Of a DNA stretch of 64,000 nucleotides, positions 11,101 to 21,600 are shown one piece after another. The position numbers and the translations under genes were made by a program. Under the pieces are notes generated by a model. The model had not been told where the DNA came from. It did not search any database and worked only from the letters and a program-made list of their open reading frames with translations. Numbering within the stretch: the first letter of the stretch is position 1; each line of letters begins with the position of its first letter. This DNA comes from a virus: positions 1 to 64,000 of IMG/VR virus record IMGVR_UViG_3300032309_000931; one strand, given 5' to 3'.

Positions 11101-11387
11101 AGAATGATAAGGTGATTATAGTTAAGATCAAGTGGGTCGTTCTTGTCTTTTTTGTCTGTGTGGTCTAAACGGTCTTTGGTGATGTATCCCTCAATACCAA
11201 GAATTGGTTTAATACCAGCCTCTTTAGCAGAGCGATAAAGCTCACGGTGTCCTGAGAGGCTTCCGTGGTCTGTAATAGCGATGGCTGGCATTCCAAGTGC
11301 AACTGCACGATCCACATATTCCTGTGGTGTAGCAATGCCATCAAAAAGCGAGTAGTGGGTATGAACGTGAAGCCCAGCGTAACTCAT
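8109..11387 (-). CDS. dnaE: DNA polymerase III alpha subunit
   Basis: PHP domain HVHTHYSLFDG/TDHG, GRGSSAGS, PDIDTD, FNKSH, C-terminal OB fold. Confidence 0.96.
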   Translation of the reverse strand: MSYAGLHVHTHYSLFDGIATPQEYVDRAVALGMPAIAITDHGSLSGHRELYRSAKEAGIKPILGIEGYITKDRLDHTDKKDKNDPLDLNYNHLIILAKNTKGLENLNKLNELAWTEGFYKKPRIDWKILEQYKEGLIITSGCLSGVLAKAIESDNLAYAKEHIKWCKETFGDDYYIEVMPHNPAEVNKMLLEFADEFGIKPVVTPDCHHSDTSQKEIQELKLILNSYSNKTVGDATYNGTKKYDNLMDKLDYLYGEDRQMSFNKFDIHLLSDEEMHNAMKAQGIDREDMYEATIEIVNKIEDYDIQDYRDLLPVQYQDPDGELLSLALEGLKAKGLDQNQEYIDRLNEELEIIKAKNFGPYFLVVRSMIAWAKKEGIMVGPGRGSSAGSLLCYSLGITDIDPIVHGLLFFRFINPERNDFPDIDTDIQDTRREEVKDYLVRQYRHVASIATFLQFKDKGVVRDIARVLNIPLPDVNKVMKLVDTWEDYCSSSSTAEFREKYPEIEKYGEQLRGRIRGTGIHAAGVVTSKEPIFKFAPMETRTAPGTKERIPVVAVDMTEAERIGLIKIDALGLKTLSVLQDTLAIIKDREGKDIDLLKIDMEDKNVYAMLSDGFTKGVFQCEATPYTNLLVKMGVKNFAELAASNALVRPGAMNTIGKDYIARKHGKQRITFLHEKMKTFTNETYGCVLYQEQVMLACTELGGMSMAEADKVRKIIGKKKDAREFDVFKERFVKGASQHVRPEVAEELWHDFEAHAGYSFNKSHAVAYSTLSYWTAWLKYYYPIEFMFALLKNEKDKDARTEYLIEAKRMGIPIKLPHVNDSDADFKIEGKGIRFGLSGIKFISDNIAEKYIAARPFNSYKELEEFSFGKGNGVNSRALSALRLIGAATFPDQPRNDQEIRENLYEYLNLPEFNTTIPQHYHAFINDVEEYEEKGSFILMGIVKGIKRGKGWSRVEILDKTGAIGIFDEEQSKVEAGRTYLILASDNRIVTAIPADEIKGNDSGLVKILNYRMLPYTDDQMMVVSFRPRITKAGKKMASMVVADSSRDLHSITIFPTTFAKAYMKIREGNVYKFSFGKTKDGTTIMEDVFDV

Positions 11388-11456
11388 AGAATCCTTACGT
11401 TAGAAATGAAAAGTTTAAGGTGGGCAGATTATAGTGATGCCCAGCACTGTGAAATA

Positions 11457-12107
11457 TTACCAGTCAGTGTTTGTTGCTGAGGTAATTGATGGAGCATCGA
11501 AACCGAAGTAGAATGCTTCCTGTTCTGAGTAAGGAATCTCACGAAGAACGTTGTCCAAGTTGTGGAACTCGTGGGTTGACCAGTCGAAAGGCTCTGTGTC
11601 AGGTCCCTTTGGAAGAAGTGTGTAGCTGGTTTCAGTTCCCTGACCATTACGCTTGATCTTCCAAACAACGTTTGAAATACCCTTAGTGTCGTCAAAGTAC
11701 TCCATCAATGTGGGTACGGCAGACTGCTTTGAGATACCTTGTGACCATACAGCCACGTAGGGGTCTTCAAGACCGTCTTCAACGAGGACGTTGCAGTAGA
11801 AGCGGTTACGTGCTCTCCAGCCAGACTTGGGCTCCTTACGAGCCATTTCACAGCCGTAGCAGCGACCTTCCGAATCCATTGTACAAGCAGCCTTACGCTT
11901 GTAGTCCTTTGGGTTGGTGTGTTCTGCAAAGACAACAGCTTCTCCACGACTTTCATCGAAGTAGGGTGAATCTGCATCTAGCTCTTCTACGAAACGAATC
12001 GTAGCAGACTGTCCGTCAGCAAGCTTAAGCCAACGAACCTTTGTTCCTTCGAACTTTGGTTTTTCGAGTAGGGCATTTAGATTTTTAAGTCCCTTAATTG
12101 CACTCAT
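11457..12107 (-). CDS. ssDNA-binding protein (gp32-like)
   Basis: LKLADGQSATIRF, Zn-binding Cys, KRNGQGTETSY, tail ending DW; lies between primase and polymerase. Confidence 0.7.
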   Translation of the reverse strand: MSAIKGLKNLNALLEKPKFEGTKVRWLKLADGQSATIRFVEELDADSPYFDESRGEAVVFAEHTNPKDYKRKAACTMDSEGRCYGCEMARKEPKSGWRARNRFYCNVLVEDGLEDPYVAVWSQGISKQSAVPTLMEYFDDTKGISNVVWKIKRNGQGTETSYTLLPKGPDTEPFDWSTHEFHNLDNVLREIPYSEQEAFYFGFDAPSITSATNTDW

Positions 12108-12134
12108 AGTTTTCTCCTTGTGTTGTTGAGGTTA

Positions 12135-13079
12135 TCAGTTTAGCATAGATATGATGGTTTTGTCAAATGCCACATCTAGTTTGGCAATATCTTCATCCGT
12201 CATATCTCCGATATCCTTGTATTGTTTTTCTAGTGTGATTACGGATACACGAGAGCCAAGTTTCTCAATGATCTTTGACTTCATATTTCCTCCTGCTTCA
12301 TCATTATCTGCAATAACGATTATGTTATTGAAATACTTCTTAAGCAATTCAATCTGTATGTTGGATACGTTAGAACCTAAAGTTGCTACCGCTGGAAATC
12401 CAACTTGGTCAAGGCGTATGGCATCGAAAGATGATTCGACAACATATACCCTGTCTGCTGTTTTGACCCTATGTAGGTTAAACAGAAGTTTTGATTTAGG
12501 CATACCTGGAGTATTCTTAAACTCCTTGCCCTCAATGGAACGACCCACAAACCCAATTGACATACCGTCTGGAGCTTGCACAGGAATAGTTACCATATCC
12601 TGCTTCTCAGAAAAACCAAGAGCAAACTTCTTTACCGACTGCTCTGTTACTGATCGACCTGCAAAGTATCGCATAGCACGAGGTGATTCTAATGCTTGTG
12701 TGTTTAGTCTCTTAATCAGTAAATCGTCAAACTGCACATAGTCTGGCTTAGTGTAAAGCTGACGGTTAATCTCTGATGTAAGATCTGACTCTGTACCCTT
12801 AGACTTAATAAAGCGTACTGCCTCAAAGTATGTACGACCAGATGTCTTTACTACAACTTCAACTAGATCTGCAACGTGGTGACAGGAAAAACAGAAAAAT
12901 GTTCCATTACGCTTGTCGATTTCACCTGCTGGTGAGCGATGATTAGCGTGAAATGGGCAGAAGATAATGTAATCTGAATCTACTTCTGATTCAATATTTA
13001 TGCCTGATCCTGCAAGGACTCTTTTAATTTGTTCTTGTGTGTAGGAACTATTTGTGTTCCGTCTATTCCTGTTATCCAT
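12135..13079 (-). CDS. dnaG: DNA primase (CHC2 zinc finger + TOPRIM)
   Basis: CPFH...CFSC, VVESSFDA, ADNDEAG, KDIGD. Confidence 0.9.
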   Translation of the reverse strand: MDNRNRRNTNSSYTQEQIKRVLAGSGINIESEVDSDYIIFCPFHANHRSPAGEIDKRNGTFFCFSCHHVADLVEVVVKTSGRTYFEAVRFIKSKGTESDLTSEINRQLYTKPDYVQFDDLLIKRLNTQALESPRAMRYFAGRSVTEQSVKKFALGFSEKQDMVTIPVQAPDGMSIGFVGRSIEGKEFKNTPGMPKSKLLFNLHRVKTADRVYVVESSFDAIRLDQVGFPAVATLGSNVSNIQIELLKKYFNNIIVIADNDEAGGNMKSKIIEKLGSRVSVITLEKQYKDIGDMTDEDIAKLDVAFDKTIISMLN

Positions 13080-13324
13080 TGTGTTTTATTTTTTCCTAAG
13101 TATGTTCCATATAGTGATAATTGAAATTCAAAGATTTCTTTCTCGTGGTTAAAGAAGATTGTAAAGTCTGGGTCAATATCTAGTCTGGGTGCATACCCAG
13201 TTAAAATCATCTCAGTCTTTAATAGTCTAATATATTCTTGTCTAAGCCTAACAATTGCTGACTCGTCGTGAATAGTGCCATCCAGACCAAATCGTTTGAT
13301 CGGTTTGTGATGTTGATTTTGCAT
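12998..13324 (-). CDS. Hypothetical protein
   Basis: ATG 5 nt after TATAAT; overlaps the primase 5' end. Confidence 0.6.
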   Translation of the reverse strand: MQNQHHKPIKRFGLDGTIHDESAIVRLRQEYIRLLKTEMILTGYAPRLDIDPDFTIFFNHEKEIFEFQLSLYGTYLGKNKTQWITGIDGTQIVPTHKNKLKESLQDQA

Positions 13325-13336
13325 ACTCCATTATAA

Positions 13337-14557
13337 CTAGTTATCTTCAAAGTCTTTGTATTTGTACATACCCTTGTCGAAGTCAACCTGAACCATAAAT
13401 TCACCCATAAATCCATTACGGTTCTTACGGAATACGCACTCAATAACATCTGAGTTTGCACCACGACCAAGAGCCATTACCCAGTCAGCATCGTAAGCAA
13501 TCTGACGTGACCACGCTGTTTGACCAAGTGTAGGAACTGTGTCCAACTTGTTTACATCGTCAGGTGTGGCAGACGAGATGGCAATGATAGGGACTTCCTC
13601 AGAGATAGCCATAAGCTTGAGTTCACGAGAAAGGTTCTTCATACGAACAGTCTCATTATCTGACTTCTGGTTTGGTGACATAAGCTGTAGGTAGTCTACA
13701 ATTACAAAATCTGGTTTGTACTGATCAATCTTCCCTCGCATAACCGATGGAGTAACCTCTCCACCAGAATCATTAGAGATAATGTGGAACTCAGGCTTGC
13801 CTTGTAGATTTTTTTGGTGCCAAGACTTAAGCATATCTAGCTCTACCTGACCAGAGGATAGCTTACGGTGAGACCAAAGACCTTCGCCCATAATTGTGTA
13901 GACACGATTACGAACTTCTGTCTCGCTCATTTCAAGGCTTACAACCATAGGTGACTTGCCCTGCTTCCAAGCTTGTACAGCAAAGTAGAGTGACAACCAC
14001 GACTTACCAATACCTGGATAGGCAAGGAATACACCAAGCTGTCCTGGCATAATGCCAGCAGGAAGATAGTTATCAAATCCAGGAAGACCAGTCTTAATAC
14101 CAATCTGTCCTAGCTCATTCTGCTTCTGTACATTCTCATAGTATGCAATAGCATCATCAATGTCTGTAACATCAATATCACGAATTGATGCAGTATTCTT
14201 CTTAAGTTCTGAAGTCATTTGAATTAGTGATTCAAGTGCTTCGGTACCCTTGCCACCCTGCACATCTGCAGCAGTATTACGAAGGATATCCTTGAGGCTA
14301 TCGTTGAGATATTCTGCCTGTAACTCTTCTAGGTGGTGCTTAGTTGCACCTATGCCATCAACAGGCTGAAAGTCACGGAACTTGTCTACTACGAGGGTAA
14401 CAGGTGGGACAGTGCCGTTATGCTCAGAGTAATTCCTAATGAACTGCCATATGTCATTGTGAGTACGAAGAATGTTTTCGACATTCGCCTGGAGTAAAAC
14501 GTGTACTTGCTTGTCTTGTAGTACTGCTGAAATAAGCTTTGCTTCTGAATCATTCAC
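13337..14557 (-). CDS. dnaB: Replicative DNA helicase
   Basis: AYPGIGKS, SLEMS, IVDYLQLM, YDAD, KNRNG. Confidence 0.93.
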   Translation of the reverse strand: MNDSEAKLISAVLQDKQVHVLLQANVENILRTHNDIWQFIRNYSEHNGTVPPVTLVVDKFRDFQPVDGIGATKHHLEELQAEYLNDSLKDILRNTAADVQGGKGTEALESLIQMTSELKKNTASIRDIDVTDIDDAIAYYENVQKQNELGQIGIKTGLPGFDNYLPAGIMPGQLGVFLAYPGIGKSWLSLYFAVQAWKQGKSPMVVSLEMSETEVRNRVYTIMGEGLWSHRKLSSGQVELDMLKSWHQKNLQGKPEFHIISNDSGGEVTPSVMRGKIDQYKPDFVIVDYLQLMSPNQKSDNETVRMKNLSRELKLMAISEEVPIIAISSATPDDVNKLDTVPTLGQTAWSRQIAYDADWVMALGRGANSDVIECVFRKNRNGFMGEFMVQVDFDKGMYKYKDFEDN

Positions 14558-14858
14558 TTAACCACTTCCTTGCTTGTTCTCGGCGGATTGCCCTATCAAT
14601 TTGATCATTCTTTTGCATCTCTCGTGCGGAGATAATTGTGTCTGCGTAATTTGTAAAATACTTCCACGTTGGTGTTTGTGCTACGTCAAAGTAGTACTCT
14701 AGCAGGTCGTAGCACATTGGTAGACCATAAGATTCTATCAATGCATCAGCAGCCCACTGCTCTACATTTAGGTTTAATAATGGCTTCATCTCGTGCTTTA
14801 TAATGTAAAGCTTAGAGTATCTACTGAGCAAAGCCATTCGGTCTTTGCGTTCAGCCAT
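14550..14858 (-). CDS. Hypothetical protein (possible helicase loader)
   Basis: ORF coupled to dnaB; function from position only. Confidence 0.55.
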   Translation of the reverse strand: MAERKDRMALLSRYSKLYIIKHEMKPLLNLNVEQWAADALIESYGLPMCYDLLEYYFDVAQTPTWKYFTNYADTIISAREMQKNDQIDRAIRREQARKWLSE

Positions 14859-15067
14859 TACTTGCTATCGATCTCGTCTTTTGACTCATTGATCTTTTCA
14901 ACAAGTCGTGCTTCTACAAACTCGTACACACGGTCAAATGCCTGTTGTACGGTTTCTCCCTCACGGCGTGAATCTTCAACGCCTAAGTCAATGCGGAGTG
15001 ATTGAAAGTTACCAAGATTGAGCGTATAGCCCAATGCTATGTTAATCTTTGTGTTTTCGTTTTCCAT
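14858..15067 (-). CDS. Hypothetical protein
   Basis: LGYTLNLGNFQSLRIDLG; start MENEN. Confidence 0.65.
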   Translation of the reverse strand: MENENTKINIALGYTLNLGNFQSLRIDLGVEDSRREGETVQQAFDRVYEFVEARLVEKINESKDEIDSK

Positions 15068-15081
15068 CTCATACCCTTCGG

Positions 15082-15603
15082 TTAAATACTTTCGGACCAA
15101 ACAGGAACAAACCTGCCGTCTTCAGTTCTCGTATATGTCAGTATACCATCTCCCATACGCCTTGTCAACTCTTGTGGCGAAGGCGTAATGTCATTAGTAA
15201 CTAACCTGTCTTTTCTTGGTCTACCAATATGGTAGGTAGCAAGTATATCACGAATATCACGCACTTGTGATTCGGAGTAATAGCATCGCACTTGCCAGCC
15301 ACGCTCTCCGCCCTTCTGAGACCCCATAGGCTCTGGGATAACCCCACGTTTCATAAGGCTTGGCATATACTTTTTATGCCTATTTACTAGGATTGCTGTT
15401 TCTCCTACAGTGTAGGCTCTTTCACGATTACGCTTGAAGTCTACAACTAGACAGCTTTCAACCTGATCTTTAGTTATATTATATACGGACATAATTCCGT
15501 TAGATCTGTTGAAGTGGTGTATACGAACTAGGTCACCATTAATAAACCAGACCTTCTTGCTTCCTGGAATGACTGGTGACGAGTTGTATACCTCTCTGTC
15601 CAT
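15082..15603 (-). CDS. MerR-like HTH DNA-binding protein
   Basis: AYTVGETAILVNRH...GVIPEP...RCYYSESQV. Confidence 0.6.
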   Translation of the reverse strand: MDREVYNSSPVIPGSKKVWFINGDLVRIHHFNRSNGIMSVYNITKDQVESCLVVDFKRNRERAYTVGETAILVNRHKKYMPSLMKRGVIPEPMGSQKGGERGWQVRCYYSESQVRDIRDILATYHIGRPRKDRLVTNDITPSPQELTRRMGDGILTYTRTEDGRFVPVWSESI

Positions 15604-16037
15604 TAGACAGGGACACCAACAGCAATAATGTTTACAGACATATTGGAAGTTCCTGCAAGTTCAAACTTAACAAAGCCTTCAATTTTTGCTGTATCAACTG
15701 CAGTGATTACTGCATAAGTATTTTTACTAGCGTCACTAGAGTCTGTAGCAATTGGTGTTACTGTTACAATGGGTGGCAACTTAAATGGAATATCGAAAGT
15801 ATAAGAAAACTTTTGATAGTCGTTAGCCTTTACTGTTGAATTGGTAAGCTTATATTGACCAGTAACAATTTTTACCTCTGAGTTACGAATATTTTTCTTT
15901 CCTTCAGATGTCCATAGAATTGCATAAGCAGAAACATTAATTGCAATTCGATCCCAAAGGGCATTTATTGATTCAACGATTTTATAAATTAGAGATACGT
16001 CAAATGGTTGACCTCGTTGTGGGAGTGGTAGCTTCAT
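15603..16037 (-). CDS. Virion structural/tail-tip protein
   Basis: Beta-rich, FDIPFKLPPIVTVT...IIAVG resembles phage fibre C-terminal domains. Confidence 0.5.
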   Translation of the reverse strand: MKLPLPQRGQPFDVSLIYKIVESINALWDRIAINVSAYAILWTSEGKKNIRNSEVKIVTGQYKLTNSTVKANDYQKFSYTFDIPFKLPPIVTVTPIATDSSDASKNTYAVITAVDTAKIEGFVKFELAGTSNMSVNIIAVGVPV

Positions 16038-16045
16038 AGTTTCTA

Positions 16046-16507
16046 TTATACACTAAAAGATTCGGTATAAACACCAGTTCCTGGATAAACTTCTATTGTT
16101 GAGCTTAAAGCATTTTCATAGCTTGAGACCTGAACAATAAACTTCACTCTGTTTACGCCACTTGGCTTTGTTATTGAATATGCGTGTACGCTAGATGAAC
16201 CGTGATAAGTATAGCTTGAGTATGAAGACCCATTATTTGTAGAGGTTGCAATAAAAATATCATACTCTGGTCTTAAATTTGCATCATCCCAAGCAAAAGT
16301 AATAACACTACTAGCACTTGTTACCTGACCAGTTACTGCGGTAATAGCAGATCCGTCAATTTCATAAAATGGAGACCAAGACGAAACTCTAGATAAATCA
16401 TCAGTTACAATCCTAAATCTTAAATGATGTTTATTATTTGAGTTTACTTTATTTAGCTGATCTTTAAATATAAAAGCTTTTTTAATGTCTTCTTGTGATC
16501 TAGCCAT
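16046..16507 (-). CDS. Structural protein, Ig/FN3-like
   Basis: Beta-sandwich pattern; in tail operon. Confidence 0.5.
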   Translation of the reverse strand: MARSQEDIKKAFIFKDQLNKVNSNNKHHLRFRIVTDDLSRVSSWSPFYEIDGSAITAVTGQVTSASSVITFAWDDANLRPEYDIFIATSTNNGSSYSSYTYHGSSSVHAYSITKPSGVNRVKFIVQVSSYENALSSTIEVYPGTGVYTESFSV

Positions 16508-18138
16508 TATCCACCTACATTAAGCCCTAAGTTTAGTTTTACGTCAATAAGATTTTTTGAGTTTGTATCTTTTAGTGCTGGCTTACTATTTGAATCTTTT
16601 ACTGGAGAATATGTTGTCATACCATAAAGTGGATTTGCTGCAGTATCAAAGTTGTTTTCAAATCTTAGCCCATCTAGTGCAACAAACATACTTTGTCCAT
16701 CACGAGTAAGGGTTCCTGCTGGTGATACCGCAGCACTAGTAACGTTTGCATTTGTTTTTGCATAAGAAATTGTGTTGCTAGAATTAGAAACGGCGGTTAC
16801 GGTATATGTTCCATTAAAAGTTGCATCAACACCAGCAACAGTAATAGAATCACCCACCGCAACATAGTGTGCTGCTGAGGTTGTAATTGTTGCAACGTTA
16901 CTTGTAAGAGCTTTGTTTGTAATGCTGCGAGTAGTTGGAATAACTTCTACATATACCTTTGCAATTTTTACACTTTCCCACGTAAAGTTGGAACTTCTAA
17001 GTAGATCAGCTAGGGTCTTTCTTTTAACAAAATAATAGTATCCGTCATTATTTGCAAAGTCTGTAGAAGAAAGTTCTATTTGCATTTTTGCATATGCTTG
17101 ATTTGCATCATTTTCTTCTGAAGAAAACTCTACTAGAATATATACATTTGTTGGATTATCATCTGCTGGATATCTTCTAATAATAGAAAAGGCAAGAACA
17201 AGTTCGTCGGAAGAAGAATTTATATCCATTGGATAAGTTTGACCTGTAAGGTGAATATGCGGTTGATCTACACTAGAAACAACCGTTGTCCAAGTTGTAT
17301 TTGTAGTATCAATAGCAGACATATTTCCAGCAACAGTAATTGAATTCTTTAACATCCTTGGTTGTTCTTTATGTTGTAAATCAGACCTATAGGTGCTTGA
17401 AAATATACCGTCGGTATTATCTAAAAGAAAGGCAGAGCTTAGATTAGGATTAATTACGGTAGAGACTTGATAAGCTGTTCCTCCATAAGTTGCGGCTGGT
17501 GCTACTTCAAGCGGAGGAACTTCTGAGGCTGGAGCTTTAATTTCAAATATATTGCTGGCGTTATGATATTCCCAGTTTTCAGATGAAGAAAATGTAGAAA
17601 GCATTCTGCTATCTGAAGTTACAGCAATTGGGTTACTTCCTGCAGAAAAAACTCCAGCTTCTGTCATATAGTATCTTTCTTGGCTTGGAAGTTCTGCACT
17701 AAATGTTACCTGAGAAATTCCGTTTTCGTTTACAGAATAGCTTCTTGAAATAATTGGCACTCTAAACATTTCAAAATCAAGCTTTTCTTTATTCTCAAAA
17801 CTAAGTGTTGCTGAAGAAGATAAGCCAGTATTTGTTGCATTTGAAGCAACTAAGTCAAATCTAAAATTGTTTGTAGTAACATTAGTAATAAGGTGTGTGC
17901 CATTGATTGTGGAATTAACATTAGAAATAAAGACATAATCTCCCAAATTAAAACCGTGACTTGTTGCTGTAACGTTTACAACATTAGACGATATATTTGC
18001 TGCAGTTACAGTATATGGGTTGTACTTTGCAGAGGTTCTAGGATTATGCCCTCCTCCTACGGCAATATATGCGGCATAAGACGGTGCTTGATCAATAAGA
18101 TACTTAGCAATAATTGACTTTCCAGTTGTTGTAATCAT
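16507..18138 (-). CDS. Baseplate/minor tail protein with two inserted beta modules
   Basis: Modules VTATSHGFNLGDYVFISNV..NGTHLIT and ITTSAAHYVAVGDSITVAGV..NGTYTVT. Confidence 0.55.
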   Translation of the reverse strand: MITTTGKSIIAKYLIDQAPSYAAYIAVGGGHNPRTSAKYNPYTVTAANISSNVVNVTATSHGFNLGDYVFISNVNSTINGTHLITNVTTNNFRFDLVASNATNTGLSSSATLSFENKEKLDFEMFRVPIISRSYSVNENGISQVTFSAELPSQERYYMTEAGVFSAGSNPIAVTSDSRMLSTFSSSENWEYHNASNIFEIKAPASEVPPLEVAPAATYGGTAYQVSTVINPNLSSAFLLDNTDGIFSSTYRSDLQHKEQPRMLKNSITVAGNMSAIDTTNTTWTTVVSSVDQPHIHLTGQTYPMDINSSSDELVLAFSIIRRYPADDNPTNVYILVEFSSEENDANQAYAKMQIELSSTDFANNDGYYYFVKRKTLADLLRSSNFTWESVKIAKVYVEVIPTTRSITNKALTSNVATITTSAAHYVAVGDSITVAGVDATFNGTYTVTAVSNSSNTISYAKTNANVTSAAVSPAGTLTRDGQSMFVALDGLRFENNFDTAANPLYGMTTYSPVKDSNSKPALKDTNSKNLIDVKLNLGLNVGG

Positions 18139-18149
18139 AATTCTCCTAT

Positions 18150-18611
18150 CTATATTGTATCATTAAGCACAGCCCCAGCAGAAAGAATTTCTACCTCTAC
18201 AATATAATCTTGCTGTAAATTTTTTAAATTGATTGTTGTAACTCCACTATCTGTATCTGTCTCAATTATTGGATTTTCGGAAAGCTGTGGGATGTGATAG
18301 TTAAGATCGATAGTGTATGTGTTAAACACATTTTTACTTCCGTCATTAAACACAATCGATGGCTGGTTATTAAATATTGTACCTGCGTCGCTTAGTGGCG
18401 TGTATCCATCATTGTACGGACTATTGATTAGATCGTGTCTTGATGCTGATAGCAGTTCTATTCCACCAATTGATGCCAATGAGTATTGTGACATTGCATC
18501 ATATGACAAAGTTTCATTGTCAAGCAAAATATCTGGTGTAGCTATTTTTATTCCAGATTTTTCAGATACGTAAATTGGTTCTGGTAAAAATGCATTTGTG
18601 GAATCTACCAT
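18150..18611 (-). CDS. Minor tail protein
   Basis: Position in tail operon. Confidence 0.5.
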   Translation of the reverse strand: MVDSTNAFLPEPIYVSEKSGIKIATPDILLDNETLSYDAMSQYSLASIGGIELLSASRHDLINSPYNDGYTPLSDAGTIFNNQPSIVFNDGSKNVFNTYTIDLNYHIPQLSENPIIETDTDSGVTTINLKNLQQDYIVEVEILSAGAVLNDTI

Positions 18612-18613
18612 TA

Positions 18614-21600
18614 CTAAGTTATCTCCTTAACTTCTGGAATTTGACTAACATAAATAGTCATTTCTGGACCATTTACATTTCGTGAATACTCAATATTATA
18701 CACAACAAACCTAGCATTTTCATCAATAATTTGATCAATTTCTGAGTCTGTTGATTTATAGTCGAGGGTTATAATGTCCCCAAGCTGAAGTGTAGGATTT
18801 GCAAACATAGAAACTCCGAGAGAAAGTCTAGGAGCAATTACTTTATTTGTTAACCAAGACATAAGGCTATCTGCGGCATCTTGTGTCTGAATATAATCAG
18901 AGTCGATGTTGAATTCTTTCTTGCCATAAGTTATTCTACTATTTTTTATTGATTGATAATTTCTCTTATTGTTTAGTGGATCATTTGTAATAATGTTTTT
19001 AAACATTTCTGGATTAGAAAAATCACTCTTTTGTTGGAAATATTCGTCTACAGTAAAGTCGTGCTTTGCTTCTTGTGTAAACGTCACGCCCATAATTCTT
19101 AGATAGTTCCCACTTGTATTATCTAGGTTAATAATCTTATCCGTTGTATTGAATACTAAGAATTCTGCACCATAGGCATTTGCAACAAATCCAGAAATTG
19201 CATACCCTTTAAGTTTATTAAATGTTGGTGCAATTTTTGCAATTAGTGCTGGGTATGCTTTGTCATATTTAATATTAAAGTATGCTGCTTCACGCATAAT
19301 TGTTCCAAACTCTTCGTAATACATATCTGAGGATCTGGTTGATATAGGGCTAATTCCAGATAGATAGGAATCTTGAATTGCTGGTGGAAGAGAGTATTTA
19401 GAAAATGCTTCATCTGTTTCATATTCTTTGTTTAGTGAAAATGATTCTTTAAATGGTGCATTAGATACATTTGAATAGTTTGATGCTTCATTTGTTTTCA
19501 ATGCATAAAGATGTTCAAACATACACTTTGATGTACCACGAACAAATAGTGCTACATTTTGTGTTCTATTTTTTAGAGGTACTTCATCTACAACAGTTCC
19601 TACAAGTTTTCCATTAATATAAAGGTAAAACTTTATGCTCGATGTCTTGCTATCTTTAACATCTTCGCACTCTACTGATAAATCATATACGCTAGGATTT
19701 GCTTCAGCAATATCTCTATACTGTCCAGTAAATCTTCCATCGTCAACAACGATGCTGGATCTGCCCTTCCATAATGTTTTTGGTATAGACTTTACACTTG
19801 AGTTTTCACTTGTTGCTGTCTCTGCCTCAATTTTATAAAAATGAATATTGCTAATATCGTCACTATCTGTATATTTTTCAATAGAGTTTACTGTTAGTGC
19901 TGATAGTTCAAAAAAGTATCCAGTGTTGTTTGTTGGATTTACAAAAATTCCAAGACCACCGCCACCACCATTAATTATTGTTGGAACTGTTGAGTCTTTT
20001 GTGGTTGTAGCATAGTACGGCATTGATCCAGCAGGGCTTTGATATATATCTAAATTATTTTCTAATGTTCCAACGACCCTCATTCTTGTTCCAAAATGTG
20101 AGTACTTTCCGTCTAGAGTATTATAGGTATATGAAAGAAAATCTTTAGAGTTATAATTTGTTGGGAATGTCGGTCCAGACATAACTAGTGCCGAAGACTG
20201 AACTTTTCCAGTCTGTGTAGCGTTAATAGATGTTGTTTGATTTTCTGATGGATAAGAACTGCTCATAAAGTTTCTGATTAAAGAACTTCTATTTCCTTGA
20301 GCCGCTAAGTTTCTAGATGCAATATCTCCGACACTCATTCCAGAGGCATATTCACCAGTCTCTACTAGTTCAGAGTCATAAATCTTTACTCCGCTAAGAG
20401 TAATGGTTGCATCTAAAGCCCCAGTCACACTCTTGTCAAGCTTAAGACCGTAAGCTGTCTTGCTCTTTACCTTAGCTCCGTTGGGTATATTATTTCCAGA
20501 TACTTTTTGATCAACCCTAACATATTTTCTAGAATCTACGTCAAGGTAAACTTCTTTTCCATTTGTTCCAGCAATTGTAGTAACTATAAATCTTTCTTTA
20601 TATGGGTTAGCAAATGTAAAGGTTGAGTTTATTGCACAGCCAGCAATGTTATCATTTACCCACGATGGTAGTCCAACCGTATGCTCTTTAATTTCTGTAT
20701 TGAATTGTCCTCTGCCGTGCTTAGCTACAGCCCCTTCTTTCAATGTGGTGATTGCGTTAACAGTTTCGTAGTTTGGCTCCGCAAAGATCCTGACTTTGCC
20801 TGTTGGATATATTTTTCCATTAAACGGAACTTTTGAAAAATAATTTTGATAATCTTCGACATTAGCAATCCAGTAATTTGCTGAAGCAAGTTTTGCTACT
20901 GCAGTTGTGTTTCCAGCAGCAATATGATTAGACGCTAGTGTAAATGTTGAAGCGGTACTGTTTACACTGGTAACAGTAGTATTAGTACCAAATCTTCCAG
21001 GATCGGCACCTCCAGTCCTAATAACTTTATCACCAACCTTTAGTCCAGCAATACTTCCAGAAGTTACAGAAACAATGTTTGTTGATGTGTTAGCAAGGTT
21101 TACACTAAACTCAGAAGTAACGGAAGGTTGAGACACACTGTATTCAACAGCATCAAATTTAATAATTTCTCCGTTAGAATAAAAGTATCCATTATACCTT
21201 GGCATCCAATAAATAGCCTCACCCATATCAATAACATTATTAATAATATTTCCAGATTCTACAGATGGAATATTGACAGTAAGATTTGAGTTAAGTGGAA
21301 TTGCTGACAAAGCATACGCTGCCTGAGAAGTTTTTTCTTCGTTGATAGATTTTGTTTCTTCTGAAGGAGCTATTTCCCAAAGAAGTGCTGGCTTATATGT
21401 CCACACAACATCTTCGTCGACTAGGTTAGCCTGTCTAATTTCTTTATAAGTTTTTTGAATATATCGTGAAGTATAAATAATTTTGCCATCGTTAAACACA
21501 TCATTATTTTTGCTACTTACTTCTATTATGTTTGCAAGGTTAGCACCGTCTGCCGTTGCATTTTTGACACGCCCAGACCTTGTGCTATCTTGACTTCCAA

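Noticed and set aside
1144-14557. Inteins or introns in terminase, RecA, DnaE or DnaB; recoded stop codons; tRNA genes
   Set aside because: Protein lengths are normal, ORFs are uninterrupted in the standard code, and I saw no cloverleaf sequences in the intergenic gaps.
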